Positions 8,046 through 18,405 of a stretch of 48,775 nucleotides of DNA are shown here, in pieces. Numbering within the stretch: position 1 is the stretch's first letter; each line of letters begins with the position of its first letter. The notes beneath the pieces are model-generated. The model was given only the letters and a program-made list of their open reading frames with translations. It was not told the DNA's origin and did no database searches. Where the stretch lies: NCBI GenBank assembly GCA_044360435.1, contig JBIKKI010000003.1:1-48775 (forward strand), read 5' to 3'. Position numbers and translations under genes: made by a program. This DNA is from Bacteroidia bacterium. GTDB taxonomy: Bacteria > Bacteroidota > Bacteroidia > NS11-12g > UBA955.

Positions 8046-10844
8046 ATGAAACAGAAATCACCGATTCAGGCGGCGTCAAGGGTAAAAAAAACTGCCATTG
8101 CCTTTACGGTTCCGGTGCCTGCCGATAAACAACAGCACATCAGTTCACAGTTGAAGCAGGCTGAAGTGGTATTCTGGGGTTCCGGTTCCTTTCAGGATGC
8201 AATGCAGGCCCTGAAGTCGGCTCAGGCAGATCAATATTTACTGGTACATCAAACGGAAACGGCTAAACTGAATGCATGGCTTTTGTCACTGAACGCTGTT
8301 TCTGCCGATGTCATCAGTGCCGGAGCTTCTGTAACACCTTCTGCTACGGAGCTGATTTCCGGCTTTTCGGATGCCGTATGGAATACGCCCTGGCTGCTGT
8401 TGCGTGGTGAAGACTGGAAAACATCGGCTGACTCGGGCTGCACGGATGCCTTCCGCTTGCTGTATGTGCTGGAGAAATCCGGATTCAGCATGGATGTGAA
8501 AACGGCTGAAGGAACCACGGGCAGCCGCAACCCGCTGCTGAAATCACTTCAGTCCAAAATAAGCACCGCACTATGGTGGTATCATCCCCTAAGGATGCTG
8601 CGCCAGGGTGCTACCTGGCAATTCGCCTTTGTTGTGCTTGCCCTGACGCTTGCCGTATTGATGCCCATGCTGAGCCGCAATGCGGCTATCTCCGGGGATG
8701 AATTTACGCAATATGAATACTCAAAACTCACGGCAAACTATTACCAGAACATCTTTGGCGGCTCTGTTGCTGTAGACACCAACGCCCTGAAGGGACAAAA
8801 GATGGTTGGACTGGCCCGGGCTGCGGCCACGGAAGATCCGGCAAAACTGGCCACCCTGGTGGATGGTGATAAATTCATGCACCTGTACGGTTCAAGCTTC
8901 GACACCTTCACTACCTTGTTGATTCGCTGGCTGGGAACAGAAGATGTGTTTGAAACCCGCCATATTTTCAACAGCCTGTTTGGCTTCCTGGCGATCTTCT
9001 TCTCGGCTTTAATCATTCGCCGACTCAGCGGAAGCTGGAAATACGGGGTTCTGGGCATGCTGGCATTGTTCCTCACCCCAAGATTCCTGGGTGAGGCTTT
9101 CAACAACCCGAAGGACATTCCATTCGCGGCCGGATACATCATGGCTTTATACTACATGATCCGTTGTTTCAGCAGCACCAAGATGCATGCAAGCCATGCG
9201 CTCGGGCTGATTTTGGGCATAGGGCTGGCCATCAGCGTTCGCGTGGGCGGCCTGTTGTTGCTGCCCATCACCGTGATGTACGCGGGATTGCAGTACATTC
9301 AGACCATCGGGCTGCAGCAATTCCTGTCTTTGCGCTGGACGCATTTCTGGGCACATGTTAAACCCGTACTGATGGTATTGGTGCTTGGCTACACCGCCGG
9401 CGTGCTTCCCTGGCCTTATGCACTGGAAAGCCCGCTCGAACATCCTTTCAAAGTACTGAGCGAATTCAGCAATTATGCCACCAGCCTCCGTCAGTTGTAT
9501 GAAGGCAAGCTCTATGACAGTGATTTGCTTCCTTCCGGATATCTGGCCCGTTACCTGTTCATCACCATGCCGTTGTTTACCCTAAGCGGTTTGTTGGCAT
9601 TTCTGGTGTTGCAGCTGCTCAACTGGAAATCATTCAAACTGGATGTATTCCTGTTGCTTTTCGCCGCATTGTTCCCCATTGTGTACATCTTCATCCAAAA
9701 GTCGAATGTATATGGCGGCCTGAGGCAAATTTTGTTCACCATTCCGCCAATGGTGGTTTTGGGCGTTTATGGTTTTTCATTGCTGGAACAAAAGCTGCGG
9801 AAAATAAAATATGCCGGAATGGCTGTACCGGCCGGAGCTGGACTCATGCTGCTGTTGCCTGCCAGTTTTGTGGCCAGAAATCATCCCTTGGAGTACATCT
9901 ATTTCAACGAAGTGAGCGGCGGCGTGAAAGGTGCTTATGGCAAATATGAAATGGACTATTACCTGGCCAGTCTGAAACCTTCAAGCGACTGGCTGATTCG
10001 GGAAGTGATCAGCAAAAATCCCGAAAAACAGTACACCATCCTCACCTACGGCATGGACCACGTACGTTATTATTTCCGCAAGTATCCGAATGTGCATGTG
10101 GGCTACACACGATACGATGACCGCAGTAAGGTGAACTGGGATTATGCCATTTTCTACAATGCGCACATGGACAAGGAACGCCTGTTGAACGGCTATTATC
10201 CGCCGGCAGGAACTGTTTATTCCCCGGAAGTGGATGGAAAACCCATGGGCATTGTGCTGCAAAGGCTGAGCCGCGAGGACCTGGAAGGAATGAAGGCTTA
10301 CAAGCTTCGAAACTATCCGGTGGCTCTGGAACGGCTGCGTGCTTCCCTCAAATACGACCCGAACAGCTGTGAAGTGCTTACAGCCATAGCAGATTGCTAT
10401 CAGCAAATAGCACAGACAGACACCGCCCAAGCGATGAATCTGATGGATTCTGCGCTGGCCTCTGCCGCGCGTTCCATTGCCATCACCCCGGATTATACGC
10501 CCGCCCTGAATATTGCAGGCATCATTCAACTGCAGCGGAACAAACTGGACGAGGCACTTCAATACTTCAGCACCTATGAAGGCATCAGACCAAAAGACGG
10601 CGCGGCATATTATTACCAAGCGCTTATTCTTGCCCGCAAAAACTTGCTGGACATGGCCATCGAAAAGCTGAACAAAGGCATCATACAAACCCAGCTTGAA
10701 GGCGAGTTCTACAACCTGGGTGCGCAGCTTTATGCCGCCAAGGGTGATCAGGAACAAGCCAAGTTATACCAGCAGGCCATACAAGACAACAACGCCAAAT
10801 TTCAAATCCTGCAGGCGCTGGGCGTTCCCTTCCCGGAAGAATAA
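8046..10844 (+). CDS. Multi-pass GT-C fold glycosyltransferase (PMT_2/ArnT-like) with C-terminal TPR repeats
   Basis: SGDE acidic motif after the first TM helix, about 11-13 hydrophobic segments, NNPKDIPFA, YGGLRQ, YEMDYY. C-terminal TPR-like helices (ALNIAGIIQL, AYYYQALILA, FYNLGAQLYA). Confidence 0.8.
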   Translation: MKQKSPIQAASRVKKTAIAFTVPVPADKQQHISSQLKQAEVVFWGSGSFQDAMQALKSAQADQYLLVHQTETAKLNAWLLSLNAVSADVISAGASVTPSATELISGFSDAVWNTPWLLLRGEDWKTSADSGCTDAFRLLYVLEKSGFSMDVKTAEGTTGSRNPLLKSLQSKISTALWWYHPLRMLRQGATWQFAFVVLALTLAVLMPMLSRNAAISGDEFTQYEYSKLTANYYQNIFGGSVAVDTNALKGQKMVGLARAAATEDPAKLATLVDGDKFMHLYGSSFDTFTTLLIRWLGTEDVFETRHIFNSLFGFLAIFFSALIIRRLSGSWKYGVLGMLALFLTPRFLGEAFNNPKDIPFAAGYIMALYYMIRCFSSTKMHASHALGLILGIGLAISVRVGGLLLLPITVMYAGLQYIQTIGLQQFLSLRWTHFWAHVKPVLMVLVLGYTAGVLPWPYALESPLEHPFKVLSEFSNYATSLRQLYEGKLYDSDLLPSGYLARYLFITMPLFTLSGLLAFLVLQLLNWKSFKLDVFLLLFAALFPIVYIFIQKSNVYGGLRQILFTIPPMVVLGVYGFSLLEQKLRKIKYAGMAVPAGAGLMLLLPASFVARNHPLEYIYFNEVSGGVKGAYGKYEMDYYLASLKPSSDWLIREVISKNPEKQYTILTYGMDHVRYYFRKYPNVHVGYTRYDDRSKVNWDYAIFYNAHMDKERLLNGYYPPAGTVYSPEVDGKPMGIVLQRLSREDLEGMKAYKLRNYPVALERLRASLKYDPNSCEVLTAIADCYQQIAQTDTAQAMNLMDSALASAARSIAITPDYTPALNIAGIIQLQRNKLDEALQYFSTYEGIRPKDGAAYYYQALILARKNLLDMAIEKLNKGIIQTQLEGEFYNLGAQLYAAKGDQEQAKLYQQAIQDNNAKFQILQALGVPFPEE

Positions 10845-10853
10845 AAGTCAGAT

Positions 10854-11621
10854 TTAGGGATTCAGCTCCACCCAAACCGGACAATGATCCGAATGGCGCG
10901 CATCCGGCGTAATTCCCGCATCGGTTAAATGAGATTTCAGGGCACTGCCGGCGGCAATATAGTCGATGCGCCAGCCCTTGTTGTTGTTGCGGGCATTGGC
11001 CCTGAAGCTCCACCAGGAGTAATTATGTGCTGCTTCAGGATAAAAATGCCGGAAGGTGTCGATAAATCCATCTTGAAAGAATACGTCCATCCAGGCGCGT
11101 TCTTCGGGTAAAAATCCGCTGCTGTCCTTGTTGCTTTTCGGATCATGGATGTCGATGGCCCGGTGGCAAATATTGTAGTCGCCGCAAACCAACAGGCGCG
11201 GGAACTTTTCCTGAATCTGCTGCACGTAAGGCAGGAAGAAATCCAAAAAACGAAACTTGGCATCCTGCCTGTGGTCGCCGGAAGAACCGCTGGGGAAATA
11301 AACACTCATCACACTGAAATCGGGGAAATCTGCGCGGATGATGCGCCCTTCCCTGTCCCACTCGGGGTCGCCACAGCCGTAATCAACAAAAACCGGAGCT
11401 ATTCTGGAAAGAATGGCCACACCGCTGTATCCTTTTTTGGCGGCGCTGAACCAGTAATTCCGATAACCAAGCGCTTCCAGGGCCTGCACATCCACTTGGG
11501 CTGATTCAGCCTTGATTTCCTGAAGGCATACCACGTCGGCATCGGCCATCTTTAAATATTCGGCTAAACCCTTGCTGAGTGCAGAACGAACCCCGTTTAC
11601 GTTGTAGCTGATTACTTTCAT
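10854..11621 (-). CDS. xth: Exodeoxyribonuclease III
   Basis: MKVISYNVNGVR, CLQEIK, KKGYSGVA, EGR, GDYNICH, YSWWS, GWRIDY, SDHCPV. Start at 11621. Confidence 0.95.
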   Translation of the reverse strand: MKVISYNVNGVRSALSKGLAEYLKMADADVVCLQEIKAESAQVDVQALEALGYRNYWFSAAKKGYSGVAILSRIAPVFVDYGCGDPEWDREGRIIRADFPDFSVMSVYFPSGSSGDHRQDAKFRFLDFFLPYVQQIQEKFPRLLVCGDYNICHRAIDIHDPKSNKDSSGFLPEERAWMDVFFQDGFIDTFRHFYPEAAHNYSWWSFRANARNNNKGWRIDYIAAGSALKSHLTDAGITPDARHSDHCPVWVELNP

Positions 11622-11722
11622 GCCGCAAAGGAAACATCTATTTGATACCGACCACCGTAAAAAAACAAGAAAATACCCGACGACGACGACAGGGAAACAA
11701 GCATCCAAAGTGCCGATTTACT

Positions 11723-11730
11723 TAACTTTG
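11723..11730 (+). promoter_or_regulatory. Bacteroidota -7 promoter element TAACTTTG
   Basis: Exact TAnnTTTG, ending 26 nt before the DUF349 ATG. Confidence 0.65.
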
Positions 11731-11756
11731 CCCTGCACAGAACAGGAACACAAGGC

Positions 11757-13601
11757 ATGGAAGATACCATCAACCGTGAAGAGACCCATCCGGAAGTAAA
11801 TACCGGACGGAAGCATTTGGAAGAAGCTGAAAAACTAGCAGAAGAAGCAATTGCCGAAGAGCAGGTTCAAGACCCTCAGGATTATTCTGAATACAGTAAG
11901 GAAGCACTGCTGCAAAGAGCTGAAGAAATTCTGGATCATCCGGACACTCGGTTCGCCACAGAAGTTTTTCGCAAACTACACCAAACCTTCGACGAGGTGC
12001 AGCAGCACGACCGTCAGGAATTGCTGAGGCAATGGGTAGAAGCCGGTAACGAGCCCCGCGATTTTAAAGCGCCTGCCGATGAAATCCGTCAGCAGTTCAA
12101 CACCCTCGAACACCGTTTCCGCGAACGCAAAGCCGAAGAAAAAAGGCGTGCAGAGGAAGAAAAGATGGCGAATTACAAAAAGAAGCTGTCCATCCTCGAC
12201 AAAATGAAAAGCCTTGTGGACGCTGAAGAAACCAAAGGCAGTCTGGATCAGATGAAAGAACTGCAAAAGGAATGGCGCCTGATCAAATCCATTCCCTTGC
12301 AGTTTCGTGACGACTTGTATGAGCGTTACCGCTTCTACCTCGATAAATTCTATGACAACCTGAGTATAGAAAACGAATTAAAACAGCGAGACCGTGAGGT
12401 GAATCTTTCAGCAAAGATTGATTTATGTATCAAAATGGACGAGCTGTTGCAGGAAAAGAGCATTAAAAATGCCATGATCCTGTTCAACAAATACCGTGAA
12501 GACTGGAGCAATATTGGTCCGGTTCCCCGCGATGTGAGCGACGAAATTTACAGGCGTTTTAAAGAAACTGCCGATAAGGTTCTTGCCGTAAAGAAGGAGC
12601 AGATGGAGGCCATCAATGCCGAACGGCAGCAAAACCTGAAACTGAAAATCCTGTTGTGCGAAAAATTGGATACGCTGAATGCCGTTTGGCCTGAAACCGG
12701 CAAGCAATGGACACAGCGGGCCGAAGAAGTGGAAGCGCTGATGGAAGAATGGAAAAAAATTGGCCATGCCCCAAAGCTGGAAGGCGATGAAGCATGGAAC
12801 CGATTCCGTCATGCCAGGCAGGAATTTTTCAATGCGCGACGCAACTTTTTCAAGAAACTGGGTGCTGACCGCGAAGAGAATCTTCAGAAGAAACTGGCAC
12901 TCTGCGCCCAGGCGGAACAATTGGTGGGCCGCACGGATTGGGCCAAAACCACCGATGAACTGTTGAAACTTCAGGAGTCATGGAAAAAGATTGGCCCGGC
13001 TCCAGAACAAAAAAGCGAAGAGGTTTGGAAGCGGTTCCGTGCCGCCTTCGACACGTTTTTCGAAAGAAAGAATCAAGCTTTTAAAGTCAGAAAATCTGAA
13101 GAAAAAGAAAACCTCGCCATCAAACAGGGCATCGTAACAGCCCTGGAAGCGCTGGCTGCAGAAGAAAGCACCGAAGAAGTATTTACCCGCCTGAAGGCGC
13201 TGCAAAACCAATGGATGAATACCGGTTTTGTGCCTATGGCGCAAAAAGAGGAACTCCAGAAACGTTTCCAAAAAATCTCTGATGAACTCTTTGGACGATT
13301 CAGGAAAAACCGCGACGAAATGAGGCAGTCGATGGTGAAGGAACATTTCGAAGCCATGGCCGGCGGACCCGACGGTTCCAACAGGCTGAAGTTTGAAGAA
13401 CGCCGCATCCGCGAACGCATTACCGGCCTTCGTGGTGAATTGTCCACCATGGAAAACAACATGGCCTTCTTCGCCCGTTCCAAAGGCGCAGATACCTTCC
13501 TCAAGCAGTTTGAAGAAAAGAAGCAACAGCTGGAACAACAAATCAAAAGGCTGGAACAAGAACTGAAAACGCTGAGAACAGTGAAGCCGGGCAATGCCTG
13601 A
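11757..13601 (+). CDS. DUF349 domain-containing protein
   Basis: Repeated helical units of the form NL..K..LC..., W..IG.VP...LW.RF....D.FF. Confidence 0.9.
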   Translation: MEDTINREETHPEVNTGRKHLEEAEKLAEEAIAEEQVQDPQDYSEYSKEALLQRAEEILDHPDTRFATEVFRKLHQTFDEVQQHDRQELLRQWVEAGNEPRDFKAPADEIRQQFNTLEHRFRERKAEEKRRAEEEKMANYKKKLSILDKMKSLVDAEETKGSLDQMKELQKEWRLIKSIPLQFRDDLYERYRFYLDKFYDNLSIENELKQRDREVNLSAKIDLCIKMDELLQEKSIKNAMILFNKYREDWSNIGPVPRDVSDEIYRRFKETADKVLAVKKEQMEAINAERQQNLKLKILLCEKLDTLNAVWPETGKQWTQRAEEVEALMEEWKKIGHAPKLEGDEAWNRFRHARQEFFNARRNFFKKLGADREENLQKKLALCAQAEQLVGRTDWAKTTDELLKLQESWKKIGPAPEQKSEEVWKRFRAAFDTFFERKNQAFKVRKSEEKENLAIKQGIVTALEALAAEESTEEVFTRLKALQNQWMNTGFVPMAQKEELQKRFQKISDELFGRFRKNRDEMRQSMVKEHFEAMAGGPDGSNRLKFEERRIRERITGLRGELSTMENNMAFFARSKGADTFLKQFEEKKQQLEQQIKRLEQELKTLRTVKPGNA

Positions 13602-14373
13602 CTTTTTTCGCGCCGCTGATTATCTAGGTTACCTGCTGCATGCACGAGGTAAACACGGGGTTCATTCGCCTTTTGTTTATCGTTTCGTTACCGACATTCT
13701 TGAACAGAAACAACAACATCCTGCATACCACAGGATAGAACTGATTCGCGCTGCCATGTTGGAATCCAAAGCACAGATACGCATGCAGGATTTTGGTGCC
13801 GGCAAAAAAAAAGACATCCGCAGCCTCCGGGAAATTGCACTACACACGGCCAAATCCGCAAAATACGGACGACTGTTGCACCGGATTATTGCTGCTTTTC
13901 GTCCGGAGTTTGCCCTGGAACTGGGCACCTGTACCGGCATTTCTACCATGTATCAAAGCATCGGTATGGAATCAAGCCGTTTGCTCAGCATTGAAGGTGA
14001 TCCTACCCTTACCGCCCTGGCACAAAGCAATTTGGAAGAGGCCGGCCTACAGGACCGGGCACAACTGATCAATGGCAACTTTGACAGCGTTTTGCCCGCT
14101 GTACTGGAGCAATTACCCCGACTGGATTACCTCTTTGCCGACGGAAACCACCGGCTTGAACCTACGCTTCATTACTTCCAGCTGGCTCTGGAAAAGGCAC
14201 ATGAAGGCAGTTTGTTTATTTTTGATGACATCCACTGGAATGAAGAAATGTTCAGGGCATGGAACATCATCAAAAACCACAAAGAGGTGCGGGTGAGCAT
14301 CGACCTTTTTGCCATGGGACTGGTATTTTTCAGAACAGAACAGGAAAAAGAACATTTCATATTGAGGTATTAA
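13594..14373 (+). CDS. Class I SAM-dependent methyltransferase (Methyltransf_24-like)
   Basis: HGVHSPFVY, ALELGTCTGIST, LFADGNH, FIFDDIHW. 8-bp overlap with the DUF349 gene. Confidence 0.88.
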   Translation: MPDFFRAADYLGYLLHARGKHGVHSPFVYRFVTDILEQKQQHPAYHRIELIRAAMLESKAQIRMQDFGAGKKKDIRSLREIALHTAKSAKYGRLLHRIIAAFRPEFALELGTCTGISTMYQSIGMESSRLLSIEGDPTLTALAQSNLEEAGLQDRAQLINGNFDSVLPAVLEQLPRLDYLFADGNHRLEPTLHYFQLALEKAHEGSLFIFDDIHWNEEMFRAWNIIKNHKEVRVSIDLFAMGLVFFRTEQEKEHFILRY

Positions 14374-14377
14374 TTTG

Positions 14378-14782
14378 ATGGTATTATTTACACATACAGT
14401 GCGTGTGCGTTACGGCGAAACCGACCGAATGGGGTTGGTTTACCACGGTGATTACGCAGAATACCTGGACGAAGCACGCACGGAAATGCTCCGGAGCAGA
14501 GGCCTCAGTTACCGGGAAGTTGAAGCACAGGGTATCCTGATGCCAGTTCGTGAACTGCGCATCCGCTACCAAAAAGGCAGCACCTATGATTCTCTGATCT
14601 ATATCCACCTGAGCATTCAGGAAAAACCGCATACCCGCATGCAGGTGCATTACCGTTGCGTGAATGAACAGGGAGAACCGGTTTGTACAGCGTTCACCGA
14701 GTTGATTTTTGTTCAGGCCGACAAAGGAAAACCCATCGCCTGTCCGGAATGGATTTACCAACATTTCCCAGAATGGTGCTGA
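14378..14782 (+). CDS. Acyl-CoA thioesterase (YbgC/4HBT hotdog family)
   Basis: VRVRYGETDRMGLVYHGDYAEYLDEAR motif. Confidence 0.9.
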   Translation: MVLFTHTVRVRYGETDRMGLVYHGDYAEYLDEARTEMLRSRGLSYREVEAQGILMPVRELRIRYQKGSTYDSLIYIHLSIQEKPHTRMQVHYRCVNEQGEPVCTAFTELIFVQADKGKPIACPEWIYQHFPEWC

Positions 14783-15750
14783 GGAAGGCCAGCAAAGCAC
14801 CCAGGCGGGAAAATCGTCCGCGCCCGCAGGAACCATCCTGGAATGAATTCTGGGTGGTTCGCAAGCTGAAACAGTACACCATCAGCGGGTTTCAGGGGCA
14901 CAGCATTTATGATGTGGGAAGACACTTTTCCAAGGCATTGTTTCGGGAAGAATTCACACTGCGGGCAACATCACTTGCCTTCAACCTCTTTCTTGCCCTC
15001 TTCCCGGCCTTGCTGTTCCTTTTCACCTTGATTGCATACATACCTGTGAAGGGCTTGAGATCCAGATTGATCCGTGAACTCGACTTTTTCCTTCCCGACA
15101 GCTCCTTTCAGGCCATTTCCACCACCATCAACGACATCATAGCCAACCAAAATGGAAGCTTGCTTTCCTTTGGTTTCCTGCTGGCCATCTGGTTTTCCAG
15201 CAATGGATTCCATACGCTCATCAACACCTTCAACCGCCGCCTGCCCCGAAAAAGAAAACGGAACTGGTTTCAAAACCGGGCCATTGCCATGGGGCTGACG
15301 GTGTTGATTTCGATGATGCTGATTGCCGCAGTGCTGATTATTGTATATGCCGGCTACCTGCAAACCTGGATTTACAAACACAAGATTGTAAACCGAAGTA
15401 CATTGCGTTTTCTAATTTCATCAACGGAATATCTGGTACTTACAGGATTGGTTTTTCTGGTTATTTCCAGCTTGTACCGCTTTGGACCGGCCACGGTGAT
15501 TAAATGGCGTTTTGCATCTGCCGGCAGCATCACCGCTACCCTGCTGTGCATGGTTTCTACCGCATTGTTCTCCGTGTACGTGAACAACTTCGGCTCGTAC
15601 AACAAAATTTACGGATCCATTGGAGCCATCATGGCATTGATGGTTTTGCTTTACATCAATGTGCTGGCCATCATTGCAGGCTTTGAACTCAACTCGAGTA
15701 TTGAACGCGCTTCGCTGGCCGGCGAACCAATGGAACAGAAGGAAGCCTGA
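14773..15750 (+). CDS. YihY / virulence factor BrkB family inner-membrane protein
   Basis: ATSLAFNLFLALFP, six TM segments, YVNNFGSYNKIYGSIGA, GFELN. Start moved to the ATG at 14773. Confidence 0.9.
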   Translation: MVLRKASKAPRRENRPRPQEPSWNEFWVVRKLKQYTISGFQGHSIYDVGRHFSKALFREEFTLRATSLAFNLFLALFPALLFLFTLIAYIPVKGLRSRLIRELDFFLPDSSFQAISTTINDIIANQNGSLLSFGFLLAIWFSSNGFHTLINTFNRRLPRKRKRNWFQNRAIAMGLTVLISMMLIAAVLIIVYAGYLQTWIYKHKIVNRSTLRFLISSTEYLVLTGLVFLVISSLYRFGPATVIKWRFASAGSITATLLCMVSTALFSVYVNNFGSYNKIYGSIGAIMALMVLLYINVLAIIAGFELNSSIERASLAGEPMEQKEA

Positions 15751-15752
15751 GT

Positions 15753-17543
15753 TTACTCGTCCAGCTTCAATACGGCCATGAAAGCACTCTGCGGAATTTC
15801 CACATTTCCTACCTGACGCATACGTTTTTTGCCTGCCTTTTGCTTTTCGAGCAGCTTCCGTTTCCGGCTGATGTCGCCACCATAACACTTGGCTGTTACG
15901 TCTTTACGCAGTGCTGAAAGGGTTTCACGCGCAATGATTTTAGCGCCAATGGCCGCCTGAATGGCGATTTCAAATTGTTGTCTTGGAATCAGTTCACGCA
16001 ACTTCTTGCAAATCTTCTTGCCCAGATCAAAGGCATTGTCGCGGTGAATGATGGCACTTAAGGCATCCACCGGCTTCCCGTTCAGCATGATATCCATTTT
16101 CACCAGCGTGCTTTCGCGGTAACCGATGGGATGGTAATCAAACGATGCATAACCCCTGCTGATGCTTTTCAGTTTGTCGTAGAAATCAAATACAATTTCC
16201 GCCAAAGGCATTTCAAAAGTCAGCTCCACACGATCGGATGTGAGGTAAACCTGATTCTTCAACACACCTCGTTTTTCCATACATAGCGACATGATGCTGC
16301 CCACATATTCGCCCTTGGTAATTACCGATGCCTGGATGAATGGTTCTTCCACATAATCGGTTTTTTCAACCGGAGGAAGGTCGCTGGGATTATTCACCAT
16401 CACCACTTCACCCTTTGAAGTGTAAGCAATGTAGCTTACGTTGGGCACCGTTGTAATTACAGTCATATTGAATTCCCGCTCCAGACGTTCCTGGATGATT
16501 TCCATGTGCAACATACCCAGAAATCCACAGCGGAAACCAAAGCCCAGTGCCGCCGAACTTTCGGGCTCAAACACCAGACTGGCATCATTCAATTGCAGCT
16601 TCAGCATGGCTTCGCGAAGCTCTTCAAAATCTTCCGTATCAACAGGATAAATACCGGCGAACACCATGGGTTTCACGTGTTCAAACCCTTTGATGGCCTC
16701 TGGTGTGGGGTTCTCATGGTCGGTAATGGTATCGCCCACTTCCACTTCCTTGGCTTCCTTGATTCCGCTGATGATGTAGCCAACATCGCCTGCTTTAACC
16801 TCTTGACGCGGGGTCATATCCAACTTCAGGATACCCACTTCATCGGCAAGGTAATCACGACCTGTATTCATGAAGCGCACGTGTTGCCCTTTACGGATAC
16901 TGCCATCCAACACGCGGTAATACGCAATGATGCCCCTGAAGGAATTAAACACGCTGTCAAAAATCAGTGCCTTGGTCGGCGCATTAATGTCACCTTTGGG
17001 TGAAGGAACGCGCTCTACTATCGCCCTGAGGATGTCATGCACGCCCATACCTGTTTTCCCGCTGGCCGCCAGGATTTCTTCACGCTTGCAACCCAGCAGA
17101 TCCACAATCTGATCACTTACTTCTTCGGGCATGGCGCTGGGTAAATCAATTTTGTTGAGCACGGGAATGATGGTCAGGCCGTGTTCTATCGCCATAAACA
17201 AGTTGCTGATGGTTTGTGCTTCAATACCCTGACTTGCGTCAACAATGAGCAGTGCACCTTCACAGGCAGCAATACTGCGACTCACTTCGTAGCTAAAATC
17301 TACGTGGCCCGGTGTATCAATCAGATTCAGCACATAATCCTGACCATCCAATTTGTAATTCATCTGAATGGCGTGGCTTTTAATGGTGATGCCACGTTCC
17401 CGCTCCAGATCCATATCGTCAAGGACCTGAGCCTGAAGCTGCCGTTTATCTACCGTATGGGTATATTCCAATAGACGGTCGGCAAGGGTACTTTTCCCGT
17501 GGTCAATATGGGCTATAATGCAAAAGTTGCGGATGTGCTGCAT
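15753..17543 (-). CDS. lepA: Translation elongation factor 4 (LepA)
   Basis: [46 protein letters not shown]. Confidence 0.98.
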   Translation of the reverse strand: MQHIRNFCIIAHIDHGKSTLADRLLEYTHTVDKRQLQAQVLDDMDLERERGITIKSHAIQMNYKLDGQDYVLNLIDTPGHVDFSYEVSRSIAACEGALLIVDASQGIEAQTISNLFMAIEHGLTIIPVLNKIDLPSAMPEEVSDQIVDLLGCKREEILAASGKTGMGVHDILRAIVERVPSPKGDINAPTKALIFDSVFNSFRGIIAYYRVLDGSIRKGQHVRFMNTGRDYLADEVGILKLDMTPRQEVKAGDVGYIISGIKEAKEVEVGDTITDHENPTPEAIKGFEHVKPMVFAGIYPVDTEDFEELREAMLKLQLNDASLVFEPESSAALGFGFRCGFLGMLHMEIIQERLEREFNMTVITTVPNVSYIAYTSKGEVVMVNNPSDLPPVEKTDYVEEPFIQASVITKGEYVGSIMSLCMEKRGVLKNQVYLTSDRVELTFEMPLAEIVFDFYDKLKSISRGYASFDYHPIGYRESTLVKMDIMLNGKPVDALSAIIHRDNAFDLGKKICKKLRELIPRQQFEIAIQAAIGAKIIARETLSALRKDVTAKCYGGDISRKRKLLEKQKAGKKRMRQVGNVEIPQSAFMAVLKLDE

Positions 17544-17552
17544 GAAAGGTCA

Positions 17553-17560
17553 CAAATATA
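17553..17560 (-). promoter_or_regulatory. -7 promoter element TATATTTG for lepA
   Basis: Exact TAnnTTTG, 9 nt before the ATG. Confidence 0.65.
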
Positions 17561-17629
17561 CGGCAGTCATTACCTCTGTGCCGCACAGTTGTTGAATTTA
17601 CAGAATCAAAGAGCGGCTTCCTTTAAAAC

Positions 17630-17658
17630 AAAAAAGGCCACCCGAAGGCAGCCTTTTT
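17630..17658 (-). terminator. Intrinsic terminator of the rpsF-rpsR-rplI operon
   Basis: Minus strand reads AAAAA-GGCTGCC-TTCG-GGTGGCC-TTTTTT: stem with G-U pairs, cUUCGg tetraloop and U tract, about 20 nt after the rplI stop. Confidence 0.85.
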
Positions 17659-17676
17659 ATTTGATACTTGAAAAAT

Positions 17677-18120
17677 TTATTCCTGCACCACATGAACCTC
17701 GATATCGGCATTCACGCCTTTAAAGAGGTTGATGGTGGCCTGGTAAGAACCCAGGTTCTTGATGTCTTCAGAGATAGAAACACTCTTTCTGTCCACATCG
17801 AATCCTTGGTCTTTCAGCGCATTGGCAATCTGTAATGCTGTTACAGAACCGAAGATTTTTCCACTGGCACCTGCTTTGGTGCGGATGGTTACACTGCCGC
17901 CGGCAAGCTTTTCAGCCAGAGAAGCTGCATCTTTCTGCAATTTCTCCATTTTGAATGCACGCTGACGCTCTTCTTCGTTCCGCATCTTACGCTCACTTTC
18001 GGTGGCGGCTACTGCAATCCCTTTGGGAATAAGGTAGTTTCGGGCATAACCGGGTTTTACGGTAACGATTTCGTTACGTTCGCCCAAACCCTTCACGAAT
18101 TTTTTCAGGATGATTTCCAT
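17677..18120 (-). CDS. rplI: 50S ribosomal protein bL9
   Basis: MEIIL..GLG..VTVKPGYARNYLIPKGIA, GKIFGSVT. Confidence 0.97.
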   Translation of the reverse strand: MEIILKKFVKGLGERNEIVTVKPGYARNYLIPKGIAVAATESERKMRNEEERQRAFKMEKLQKDAASLAEKLAGGSVTIRTKAGASGKIFGSVTALQIANALKDQGFDVDRKSVSISEDIKNLGSYQATINLFKGVNADIEVHVVQE

Positions 18121-18138
18121 GTTGATTTCCTCCCTGTC

Positions 18139-18405
18139 TTATTTCAAACCATCGGCAACGAATGGCAAGAGGGCCAGATGCCTGGCACGCTTGATGGCCG
18201 TTCCCATTTTACGTTGATACTTCAGTGAAGTTCCGGTGATGCGGCGGGGCAGAATTTTGCCCTGGTCATTCAGGAACTTCAGGAGAAACTCATGATCCTT
18301 GTAATCAATGTACTTGATGCCATGCTTCTTGAAGCGGCAGTACTTCTTCTTCTGAACGACCTGAGGCGTTTGGTTGAAGATGAAATTTTGATCGTTCTTT
18401 CTCAT
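18139..18405 (-). CDS. rpsR: 30S ribosomal protein bS18
   Basis: [42 protein letters not shown]. Confidence 0.97.
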   Translation of the reverse strand: MRKNDQNFIFNQTPQVVQKKKYCRFKKHGIKYIDYKDHEFLLKFLNDQGKILPRRITGTSLKYQRKMGTAIKRARHLALLPFVADGLK

